Assembly: GCA_958009085.1 (NCBI GenBank)
Contig: OY253684.1
Coordinates: 921,011 to 941,010 of the forward strand
Reading direction: 5' to 3'
DNA from: Protoeuglena noctilucae
Lineage: Eukaryota
Length of the DNA: 20,000 bases
In this document: positions 1 through 10,844 of the stretch, piece after piece
How positions within the stretch are numbered: the stretch's first letter is position 1
Layout of the letters: every line of letters begins with the position of its first letter
Notes under the pieces: model-generated
The model's input: the letters and a program-made list of their open reading frames with translations, nothing else
Database searches by the model: none
Told to the model about the DNA's origin: nothing
Position numbers and translations under genes: made by a program

Positions 1-1457
1 CGGGGCCGCGCGTGCGGGCAACCTGGCCGGCATGGCGGCACGCGACCGCCTCCTCGCGCAGATGCTGCCGGCCGACGCCGCGCGCGACGTCCTCGACCGC
101 ATCGCCAGGGACGACACCAAGGCGAGACGAGAGAGGGGCAGTCGGTCGCACAGCCTATAGCCACGGAGCCTGCCCCTCGTCTGCGCGATGATGCCCCACT
201 CCCACTCTATCCAACATCCACACACCCCCCTCTCAGGCGGCAGACCCGCGTGCCAGCCTCGAGGGCCCCTCCGCCATGCGCCCCGGCACCGGCAGCCACG
301 ACGCCTCCCATCGGCCCCCGCGCCGCTCCTCCCGCGCCGCCTCCACCATCGCCCCCGCGCCCTCTGTGGGCGGAGACGCCCCAGCACTCCAACGCTCCAT
401 CCCGCCCTCCCGGATGGCCGGGAATGCGGACCCCTACCTCCGCCCCATGCGCGGCGCGGCGTTGGTCTACGCCCACGTCGACCTGCCCCACGGCGGGGCC
501 CCGGACGCGGCCGTCTGGGGGGAGCTGCACCGGTGAGCGGCGGAGTTGGGTCAGATGCACGCCGACAATGCACGGTCCACGTCGCACGCGTCGATCGTCG
601 TGTGCCCGCCATCGCACGCATCGCCGTTAGTCTATCCAAGTAGATGGCATCCTCATCTTCCCCCCCCCCCCGCAGTCTCCACTGCGCCTTCGACGACCTC
701 CTGCGCTCCTCCGGCGCATTCAAGCACGAGACGGGAACAGAGGCGTACTGTGCGGCCGTGGAGAGCAACGGGGGACCACCCCCCTCGCGCGCCCTGGTGC
801 TGGCTTGCGAAATGCAGCTGGCCGCATGGGCGCTGGGGCCCGCGTCGTGCTTGCGCGTCAGGGGTGAGGCGCAGACTGCACCACCCACCCCAGCTCCCGC
901 CGCTCCCCGGCTGCGCACCCATGGCGCTTTGACCACGCCACCCTCGCGCACCCCACGCTGTTCCCACGCGGCCACCCCGTCATTCTCCCCATCTCCGTCG
1001 CCCTCTCCAGTGGCCGTGCACATGGGCGACCTCAATGCCGCCGTCATTGGCGCCGTTAAGCCCCTCCTGAAGGTGGTGGCGCCGGAGGTGCCCGTGGTGC
1101 AGGCGGCCGCCGCAGCCACGCCCAGGGGACAGGTCGCGGTGAGAGCGCGGCCTGACATGCCGATATCTGCCATATGAACAGGACACCCCTGTGGACACCC
1201 CTCTCGCTCCCCCGCTGTGCCGGCATTTGACCATGCGGCTCTCGCGTCACCACCGGTGTGTTCGAACACGCAGTCCCTCCCCCACCTCGCCCCCCCAGGT
1301 CACCCCCGCCGTCTTCCAGGCGCTGAGTTCCCAGGCGCGCACCCTCCTCAGCAGCCGCTGCACCGCCAAGCTGCCCGGCGGACACAGCACGTTCCTCTAC
1401 GCCATGGTCCCCACCCCCTGCGCCTCAGCCGCCCTGCAACGGTACCCCACCCGCTGA
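1..1457 (+). CDS. 3' part of a class III adenylate/guanylate cyclase-domain protein with a degenerate catalytic domain (5' truncated by the window)
   Basis: Proposed exons <1-121, 237-532, 676-863, 1011-1138, 1299-1457 with consistent phases; the first intron is GC-AG. The spliced peptide has LLAQMLPADAARDVL (pre-cyclase helix, cf. LLxxMLPxxVA), then ELHRLHCAFDDLLRSSGAFKHETGTEAYCAA (cf. LNxLYxxFDxL..VYKVETIGDAYMVA), RVRVAVHMGDLNAAVIGAVKP (cf. RIGIHTGPVVAGVVGxxxP) and GQVAVTPAVFQAL..TFLY. The 3' end is uncertain: an extra intron at 1407-1472 could extend it to the stop at 2003. Confidence 0.7.
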
Positions 1458-1808
1458 CGGGTGCCGGGGCAGGAATCTCCTCGTCCACGCACACCGACAC
1501 GCATGCGTGACATCTGGCATGCACGATGCGGGCAAGCCCACCCCGGGCGAAGCTATGCCCGCGCTTTTGCGTCGTTTTCCACCACTAGGCGCGCTGCCAA
1601 TAGCCAGCCGCGTCCGTTTCCTTTTCCTCGTCACGCATCTCCCATCCCACAGCGCACGGCGCCCTCAGTCCCCCACCCCCCGCGCACCCCCGGTGGCGAT
1701 TTCTGCCACCCTGGGTCGCGCGTGCGGCGGTTGCCTCTGCTCCGTGCCCCCCTCCCCTGCCCCGCACCCTCCGCGTGCAGTCGCGCCTGTTCCTTCGGAG
1801 ACGACAGC

Positions 1809-1877
1809 CGTCCGTTTGGGACCATGCCCACCACGCGAGGCCATGCCCACCACGCGAGGCCGTCGTCCGTTTGGGAC
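1809..1877. repeat. Nested direct repeat: 19-nt tandem duplication flanked by a 14-nt direct repeat
   Basis: CCATGCCCACCACGCGAGG occurs at 1822-1840 and 1841-1859; CGTCCGTTTGGGAC occurs at 1809-1822 and 1864-1877. Confidence 0.9.
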
Positions 1878-2228
1878 TACGCCCTTCCTTGCCAGCGCCG
1901 GCCAGTGCCCGCCGTCCCCGTCAAAAGAGTTGGCTCCCACGCAACTGGGACTGACTCCCTCCACCGCGACGCGGCCGACGCGGCACAGCGACTCCTCGCC
2001 TAGACTCCGCGCATCGCAGCGCACCCCTGCTGAGGGGGCTCTCGCCCTCAGCTTTGTTGGCTGGCTGCATACGCCGCATTTCATTGCTGAACGACCTCTG
2101 CTCTCTGCCCGTGACTGTGCCTCGTGACTCTTTCTCGCTTTCCTTGCCTTGCCTTTCACGCGACCCCTTCCGCTACGTTGGCGAGCACAGCTGGTGAAGT
2201 GGAACGACACGCGCTAGGTGTGCAGATG

Positions 2229-5200
2229 CTATGCGAAGCCCCGCTGCGACCCGCGCTGGTTGCCCCCGCGCTCCTCCGCCGTCGCTGGGTCCACCACCTC
2301 CGCGCGCGCTGCGGGGGACGAGACAGCGACGAGTGACAAAAACGCATGCATGGCACTAACTCGGCTGGCGCGCCTCAGCATTAGCCACACTGCCAAGCCA
2401 CTGAAATGATCAAAGCATTGATATCCCGCACCGCACCACCCCCACCCACTTGTCATGCACTGTCATGCACCCCAGCTCTTTACACATCCCATGCACGCCT
2501 CACCTGGCACGCGGAAGACGACCGACTCGGACCTCACGACGATGTCCGTCTCGAAGGCGCCCGGCTCCTCCGCCGCAAACACCACCGTGATGGGAGTCGC
2601 TATGCCCACCGCCAGGGGGCCAGGGCGGTACACCACCTGCCAGGGCGCGGGGGGGCGCTCGACCGTGAACCGCGCCACCTCCGCCGCCACGTTGGCCAGG
2701 CGCAGGGTGGCCGTGGCGCGCTGCCCCGGCTCCAGCGCCCCCAGGTGCAGCGCGTCGGGGGTGAGTTCGAATTCCTTGGTGAAGCGGCCGTGCGACTGCA
2801 GGGCCAGGCCCGCGGCCGTGCGGCTCATGCGGAAGGCCCCCGCCTCCGTGGACAGGTGCGGCAGGTTGACCTCGGGGGGCGCGGGCACGCGGGTGAGGTA
2901 CCCGGGCAGAGCGGGGGCGGCGCGGCGGGGGCCGCCCACCACGCTGCGCATCCAGGGGCGGTCGGGGCCGGGCGCTGCGCCCGGGAAGGCATCCGTGGAC
3001 GCCTGCGCTGCCATTCCCTGCGCCGCCGGGGCCCCGGGGAGCGGCTCGGCGCTGGCCGCCTCCCCCGTGCCCTGGCTGGGGCGCGACAGCCGCGGCACTC
3101 GGCCTCGCTCCGATGCGGAGGCGAGGCTGGAGAAGCTGCCGCCCCTGCGCAGCGACGACGACCCCTCCTGCACCCCCGACCGCGCCGTGGGCCTCTCCCC
3201 GTCCCTGCCCCTCCCCCTCCCCCTCCGCGACTGCCGCCTCTCCCGCCGGATCTGCTCCAAGTCCTCCACCGTCACGCTCTCCTGCCCCACGTGCTCCTCG
3301 CGGCGCTGACGCACGGGGCGCGCCACCACCATGCCCCCGCTCAGCGCCACGAGGCCCTCCTCGCTGTCGAAGTAACGAAGCACCGCCCCAGCCGAGGGGG
3401 CACCCACGCCCGCCCCACGCGCGGCGCGGCGGTCGGCGCGGCGCTCCGCCCTCCGCGCCGCCACCTCCTCGGCATCTGCCGCCGCCTCCTCGCGGCCCTT
3501 GTACAGAGCATGATCGTTTCCACCCCCCTCCTGTTCGCGCTCGTGCCCCTCCTCCCCCACAGCTGCCAGCCCCGTCCCCTTCCTCGCCGCCTCCGCCTCC
3601 CTTCTCACCGCCCGCTCCTCCTCCCCCGCGTGCTCCCCACGGTCGTCCGGCAGCACGAACTGCGCCGCGGGGTCCCTGGCCCCGTCCTGGTCCTGCCAGG
3701 CCGCCACGCGGGCCAGGGCCTCGTTGCAGCGGGACAGCTGGTCACGCGACAGCGCGGGCAGCTCCAGCACCTGCCGGTGCACCAGCACGGGCGGGGGGGG
3801 CCGGCGACCGCACCACCGCCCGCGGCACCAGCACCCGGGGCACGAAGAGCGACCGCAGGACTGCCTCGGCGTCCGCGCCCGGGGGGGGCGAGGGCAGCAG
3901 GGGTGTCGTGACGGTGGACGGGGGGCGCAGCGTCGGGAGCGCCGCGGGGGGCGGCATGGCGGCGGGGGCGGGGGCGTCCGCGAGGGGCAGGGGCGGCACG
4001 TCCCGGGTGCGCAGGTGCAGGCGCGTGAGCATGTCGACCTGCACGGCCCAGGTGCCCGTCAGGCCCACGGCGGGGTGGTCTGCGGGAATGAGGGCAGCTA
4101 TGGGGGTTCAAGCAACAGGCGAGGGCCAAGGGCAGAGACTCCACCCTCTTGACGATGGGCAGCGGGGGTGAGAGCACCGTCAGTGACGCAGCCATCGCCT
4201 CCACAGCCCGCCCCCTCACCCGGCGTGGGGTTGGTCTGCATCACTATGTCGCAGTCCCCCGCCGCCGCCGCCCTCTCCTTCTCCGCCAGCAGCGAAGCGA
4301 AGGCACGCGCGGGGAGCACCTCCCACCCGCTCCCGTCCGCACGCACCACAAACACGCGGGGGGGGACGCCGGGGGCCAGGGGGGGCACCCGCCGCTCCTC
4401 CACCACCATCATCGCCGCGCCCTCCGCCTCCCCCTCCGCATCGCCCGCGCCCTCCGCCCCCGCCCCCTCCCCACCCACGTTCCCATCACCCTCCACCTCC
4501 CCCTCCGTCGCCCGCCGCGACCCCCGCTCACCCGGGGACGGCGACGGCGCCCCCTCCGATGGAGAGACGCGGCCCGCATCCGCACCCGCGTCCTTCCCCG
4601 CCCCCTTCCCCTCCTCCGCAGCACCGCCTGTCTCGCCCTCGCCCTCCCCCTCGCCCTCCCCGTCGTCGCTGCCCCCCTCGTCCCCCTCCGCGGCCTCCTC
4701 CGCCCCCGGCTCCGGGAACACCGCCACCCCCGCCTGCCCCGGCATCACGTAGACCCCCGCGTCCTCACCCGTGGACAGCGCGCACGACCCCGCCTCCAGG
4801 TCCGCCACCCAGCACCGCGGCAGCAGCGCCGCCACCTCCCTGGCGGAGTCGGCGCGGGGCGGCGCGACGAACGACCGCGGCTCGGGGGGGGAGGGCAGCG
4901 ACGGCAGCTCCTCCTCGTCCCCCTTGCGCCGCTTCTTGCCCTCGGCCTCCGCCAGCACCGCCTCTACCGCGGCCTTGTCCTCCTGGGGGAGCAGGTAAGG
5001 CGAGGGTGATACAGAAGAGAGAGAGAGAGTTGACATTGACATTCAAATGGACAGTTGCAGTTGCGGTGTGGTATGCACCACCCATACCCTCTTCCCCGCC
5101 CTCGCCTCGTATTGCGCCCACCGCCTGCGCTCCTCCTCCTCGTGCTCCGCCCTCGCCGCGTCCATCACCCGTGCGTACCCCTCCTGCAGGTCCGCGCTGG

Positions 5201-8200
5201 CGTCCGCCAGGGCCACCAGGGGCGCCGTGCCACGCGACAGCACCGCCATGTGCTCGGCCACGGCCAGGGACCCCACCCCGGCCACCTCCACGGACAGCGC
5301 CCCCTCCGCCGCGTGCCACCGCATCTCCACGCCGGGCACAGGAGACACCCGCACCCCCTCCGCCGACCCCGTCACGCGCGGCAGCCCCGGCGCCTCCGCC
5401 ACCCACGGCCGCACCTCCTGCCCCTCGTCCTCCTCCGGCCCCGCCGCCGCCACTGACACCCGCGCCCCGGGGCGGCTGGCGTGCGCGCTGCCGCGGGAGG
5501 GCGCGGGGGCGGGCGTGGTCACCACCCGCGTGCCGTCCGGGCCCTGCACCAGCACCGGGCCGCCCTCGTAGCACACCACGGAGACGCGGTCTGCGCGGGT
5601 CGTCACCGCAGCGCCCGTGTCCGGGTCCGTCACCGCCGCGCACGACACGGCGGCGCGCGGCTCCACCCGGCGGGGCGCAGGCGTGGCAGCCGCATCTGTC
5701 GGGGGATGCGGGGCGGCGTCGCCCGTCGCGGCCTCGGCAGCGGGGGCGTCCGCGGGCGCAGGTGCGGCGTCGCTGCCCCACTGCGCCCACCGCTCCCCCC
5801 TCGCGTTGGTGCCCACCCACGGCTGCCCCTCCCCGGCCGCGCGCGTCAGCGTGGCCCCGTCCGGCAGCAGCGCCTCCGTCTCGCCCCCGCGCAGGTGCCG
5901 CACCACGGCGCCCGACCGCGTCACCGTGCGGCGGTCCTCCACCGGCGCCTCCAGCAGCGCCGCCGCCGACCCCCCCGGCAGCGGACCCCCGTGCACGTCC
6001 GCCGGGAGCAGCGCGGGGGCCTCCCACCCCCCGCCGGCGCCGGCACCGCGCCCTCCCGTGCGGTAGAAGGCCACGCTGCCGTCCTGCCGGACCTCCGTCA
6101 CCAGCCCCCCCGGCGCCACCAGCCGCACGGCCGAGTTGTACGCGATGGGCTCCCCCGCCCCGACGGGGGCCATGCGGGCCTCGGCGGCCAGCACGGCGCC
6201 GCCCCGCAGCGTCAGGAGCAGCGGGGCGCCGGGGGCGGGCGGCAGGCACAGCCCCGCCCCCCCCGCCACGGCCACGGCCACGTGCCCGGGCTCTACGCGC
6301 ACCACCGCCCCCGCCCCAGCGCCTATGTCGGGGTAGTGGAAGGCCTCGGGCATGGCGCGGTCGGCGAGGGCGGGGGGCAGGACGTAGGCGAGGTCGGGGA
6401 GTGCCGGGGGCGCCCCCTCGGCCCTCACGCACTGGGCGAGGAAGCCGGCCAGGGGCACGAGGACCGGGAGGGTGGCGCAGTGGGCGCGGTGGGTGGTGCC
6501 GGCGAAGCAGGTGAGGAGGACGGCGTCGAGGGAGGGGAGGAACTGCGACGCGGCGTCCGGGAGGGTGCGCAGGGCCTCGGCGGCCGTCTGGCGCAGGACG
6601 GCGTCGGGGAGGACGTCGAGGTGGCGGCGGGAGAGCACCTCGGCGTGGTGGGCGACGGCGACGCCCTCGGGGGCGCCGCGGAGGGCGCGCTGCAGCACCT
6701 GCGCGAGCTCCACCTGCGAGGGGGTGACCCCGCCCACCTCGGCCGTCGCGGCCGCTAGCACCGCCTGGGACACGCGGAGGGACTGCCGGCCCAGGTCCGA
6801 GGGGGGGGGGGCGCGCGAGGCCGTTGGCGCCGGGGACGCGGGCGAGGAGGGCCATGTGCCGCTCCACGCGGGCGACGTCCAGGGCGCCGCCGGGGAGGAG
6901 GAAGGACCGCCAGCCGCCCTCGGACCCGCTCTCGATGTCCACGCGCACGCGGCCGTTCTCCCCCACGCGCACCCCCGCCACGGCCGCGGGCACCTCCGCC
7001 GCGCCCTTGCCCACGGGGGAGGCCGCCCTCGTCCCGCGCTTGTCCTCAGCTGCACTGGCACCCATGCCCGCTGCCACGCCTGCCGCCACGCCCGCGGCCG
7101 CCCCCGCCGCTGCCAGGGCGCTCTCGTCCCCCTCGGACACGATGAGGGGCTCCCACGCGGGGGCCTCCGCTCCCCGCCGCGGCAGCCCCCGCGCCTCGCC
7201 CAGCGCCCCCGCCAGCGCCCGCGTGGTGAATGCCACGGCGTCCGCCTGGTTGGCGCGGGGCGCCTCGGCCTGGCACGACCGCGCCACCTGCTCGACCATG
7301 CAGTGGAGCACCACCGGCACCGACGCCTGGCCCTGCGGGAGGGGGACCAGCAGGGGCATCGGTCACGCTGCCAGGGACAGGGTGGCAGGGACTTGTGGGA
7401 AGGTGCAGGGTGCGAAAGCGGATGCGGGTCCGGATCGTGCTTACGATATGACATGCAGAGCAAGCTGTGTCGTGCTCGGTCCGCCACTCACCGGGGGCAC
7501 GGTGTCCATGAGGGTGCGGTAGAGCTGCATGTCGACGTGCTCCCGGGGCCGCGCGTCGGGCAGGGCGTAGATGACGGCGCGCCCCCGCCAGGCCCGGTAC
7601 TCGAGCGTGGCGCCGGCAGCCACGGCCAGCGCCCCGGCCAGCTCGCGCCACCCGAGGGGCGGCTCCCCCTCCTCCCCCGCCCCCGGGCGCACGCGGGGCG
7701 CCGCGCGGGTGAAGACGGCCGGGCACTCGCTCCCCACGGGCACGTCCAGCAGCACCATCTCCCGGTCGCCCTCCGCCATCGCCACCAGAGAGTCCCAGGC
7801 GCGCCCCGGGTGCACGACGTCCGGGGTGTCCGTGGGTGTCGCGTCGTCCACCCCCGGCACGCGAAGGCGCACGGCCCCGGCGATCGGGACCCCGGCCACC
7901 CGCAGCTCCCGCAGCCGCTCGGCCGAGTACCCGAACCCCACCACCAGGAACACGCGCGCCGCCTGGGTGGGGCGCTGGGCGTCGCACTCGGCCGCCGCCA
8001 GCGCCGCCTCCACCTCCGCCACGTCCGCGTGCGCCTGCGCGTCGTCCATCTCCACCTCGGCCTCCTGCCGGGACGCGGCGCCCGCGTTGTCCGACCGGCC
8101 CCCGTCCTCCACATCCTCCTCCAGTCGCGAAGGGTCACGGGGGTCGCTGTGCGAGGGAGGGGGCTGCGGGACACGAGGAGCGGGGAAGTTGCGTTGGTTA

Positions 8201-8913
8201 CTTGTGCTGCCAGCCCACACCTGGTGACCATGCCATGGCATCCCTTGTTCCGCACCTGTGTTGGCGCCCCCTTGGCGTCCGACAGGATCTCCCTCCGCTG
8301 CCGGAGCTCCTCCCGCGCCGCCGCGAGCGCCCGCGTCACCCTCTCCGCCGCCGCCCGCAGGTCCCCCGCGGCCGTCTCCACCATGGCCGGCACCAGCAGC
8401 TGGGCCGCCAGGGACGCGGGGAAGAGGTGGCCGGGGACGGTCGGGGGGGCATCCACCTTCCCCTTCCCCTTCCCCTTGGGCTTCCCAGGCGCCGCTTCCT
8501 GCGCCACGGTCTGGATCTCCGCCACCCGCGCTTTCAGCGGCGACCCCTCCTCCAGGGCACCCACTGCGGCGGGACGCATGCCGAGTGCCGTCGGCAGGGA
8601 GCGCAACCAGCGGCGCGAGCCGACAGGTGGACGATGCATTCACAATGGGACAAGTAGGCGAGCGCGCTCACCCAGCTGCGCGGCGTGGAGGACGGTGAAC
8701 TGGCTGAACTGTTTCAAGTACCCGGCCAGCGCGTCGGGATCCACGGCCGGACCGGGAACCAGCGCAAGCGCGGCGGGGTACCAGTTGTCGGGCGGGGACG
8801 GCAGAGCGATCCCCTGCGGACGGATGGCGGGGCCGGCACTCGTGCAGGCACGCACATGCCGCGCATGCCCGGCGCTCCTGTACTAGGTGCGGGGCTCCCA
8901 GCGCGGGTTGCAT
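2229..8913 (-). CDS. SPAG17: PF6/SPAG17-like axonemal central-pair (C1a projection) protein, ~1937 aa, with a C-terminal PapD/ASH-like Ig fold
   Basis: Proposed exons 8913-8884 (start exon uncertain), 8813-8672, 8563-8256, 8163-7492, 7332-5088, 4982-4220, 4079-2504, 2308-2229, all GT-AG and phase-consistent once one base is removed from each of two G runs (6801-6811, 3793-3800). Motifs match SPAG17 as recalled: DMQLYRTLMDTVPPGQASVPVVLHCMVEQV (cf. DMRYYNYLL..SVPLILHCMLEQV); PVLVHRQVLE..DDRGEHAGEEER; and LHLGALEPGQRATATLRLANVAAEVARFTVERPP..VVYRPGPLAVG..VVFRVPARAEV (cf. LKNVGVDFCRFKVKQPP..YKPGPVAAG..LFLPVEATV). Confidence 0.82.
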
Positions 8914-9891
8914 TCCTAGAAGACGTGTCGCGAACCACAGTTGTCATGGTTGAAAGCGCAAGCTGCGATTCTGGGCTATTCGGAAGAAAGACGAGCGCAG
9001 GACGTCGCTCACCTGCCCGGGGTCCCCGGCAGCCTCCGCCATCGCTGAACACGGCAGCAGCCCCACTTTCTAAGGCAACACGTCCGAGATGTGCCCGGCC
9101 TTAAGGCCCAAAGCGCAGGGCCCGCTCCCCCGCTGCGAGGGAAGGCTGCGATGGGACTTGCGGCCAGTGACTCGTCGATGCGGCAGCTAAGATTCAGTGT
9201 CAAACCAACCTCGCGATGACAAATTCCCTCGAGGACGTCAAGTGGACCATGGCAGTGCTCGAAACCGCCCCCGCTGGCAGGCCATCCCGGGGGTTCTGCC
9301 GTTAACGGGTCAGTTATCTTTACTTATTTCACCGCACAGGTTGTTGTTACAGATAGAGCGTTGTAAAGTTGGGCCAGCGAACTGCATGCCTCACCTTTGC
9401 GCGGATTCGGAAGTAACCAAGGTGAGGATGCTCAAGAGATGGCCATGATGATGGGCCAGGCACAGGAATCGACTGCGCTGGTTCTTGGAGGCTCGTAGCT
9501 GCGTGCGTGCCATGTGTGCCGCCGAGCAGCACCGACGCAAGCCGGATATTCAGCCCAGACGGGCTTGAGCACTGCATCTCCGTTACCTCTACCGTGCGGA
9601 CGATTGGCAGCTCCTGGAAGCCATACAGCCCACGGCTTGGCTGCGCTGAAGCGAGCCTTCCCCTGCCTGCAGGCCCTGTGGCCAGGCGCGTGGGGCATAT
9701 CGAGCCGTCTGTCGTCGGAGGCGTGGAGAAGTGGATTGCGCGCAAGTTTGTTGCGCTGCGAACCCCAGCGGCGCGCGCGCTGGCGAGTGTGGCAGCGGGA
9801 CATGCCACTCGCCATCCACCCATCGCAGGTGGATCGGACGCCTGCGGCGGGTGCCCCGGCGGGACCTTCTCGTTTGGGTCGTTAAGGAACG

Positions 9892-10782
9892 ATGGTGGAC
9901 GTGGGCATCAAGGGCGTGCTGGACTCGCGTCCCCCACGGCACGCGGTCATCTTCACGCCTGCCGAGGTCCAGCAGCACAACCACCCGGACGACTGCTGGG
10001 TCTCACGTGAGGCTTAGCGTGCGATCACCGCTGAGCGGGTCGCGGGGTGTCGCTCGGCGTCACAGTGACACATTTGGCGCCCGTGCCGCCCGCAGTGCAC
10101 GGGCGCGTGCTGGACGTGACGCCATTGATCAGCAAGTTCCCGGGGCAGCTGGTGGAGCCGCTGGTCAAGGCGGCGGGGGCGGATATCACGCACTGGTTTG
10201 ACGAGTATGGCGACCCAAAGCGCAGCGTGGACCCGCATACCAACATCATCACGCCCTACTGGTGGGTCCCGAGGGAGCCCCGCTGCGCTCTGCTGCGCTG
10301 TGCTGTGTCTCGCGCATCCGCCCCGCGACCGCCCCTCCGTGCGCCCTCGCAGCCCCCAGGGCCTCTTCCTGCACGTCAAGCCCATCGCGCCTCGCACGGA
10401 CGTGGCCATCGACGACCAGGAGGTGCCCTGGTGGAGGGACGGCACGCTGCAGGTGGGCTGGGTGAGCCGGCGCCTGATACGCGTGCGCGTCAAGAACGTG
10501 CTGACGAGCCAGGAGCACGAGATCGAGGTGCCGTCCGAGGAGACGCTGCGGCAGATCCGCCAGCGCTACCTGCGCTTCAACTGGCACGCCGAATCGTACA
10601 TCTGGAAGGCGCTCATGATCCGGGACGGCGTCCTCGACTTCTATCCCCTCGACATGTCGCTGACGCTGGAGGAGAACGGCGTCCTGAACGACAGGCCCGA
10701 GTTCGAGCGGCTCGACATCGACGACGACTTCTACCAGCCCATCATCCACCTCCACTGGGCCGACGACCTCTCTATCGCATAG
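9892..10782 (+). CDS. CYB5D1: Cytochrome b5 domain-containing protein 1 (heme-binding radial-spoke protein, FAP198-like), 236 aa
   Basis: Exons 9892-10006, 10096-10261, 10353-10782 (GT-AG, 711 nt, open frame). The N-terminal b5-like domain reads [40 protein letters not shown]. It is followed by YCPQGLFLHV, PWW, VKNVLTSQEHEIEVPSEETL, RYLRFNWHAESYIWK, LDMSLTLEENG and IHLHWADDL, all typical of CYB5D1. Confidence 0.93.
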
Positions 10783-10844
10783 CGGGGGGACCAGAGTGGC
10801 AGCGTGGCGAGGGCGAATCTTGAAGCGTGTCATGCGGCCGCCGT

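Noticed and set aside
2406..8886. Very long plus-strand ORFs (501, 651, 804 aa etc.)
   Set aside because: They are antisense shadows of the GC3-rich PF6 coding sequence, with Pro/Arg/Gly-rich translations and no recognisable domains.
9097..9108. 12-bp palindrome GGCCTTAAGGCC, and partial X-box/tub-box-like words in the PF6/CYB5D1 spacer
   Set aside because: These are single or partial matches and were not seen upstream of ARMH1, so they cannot be distinguished from chance.
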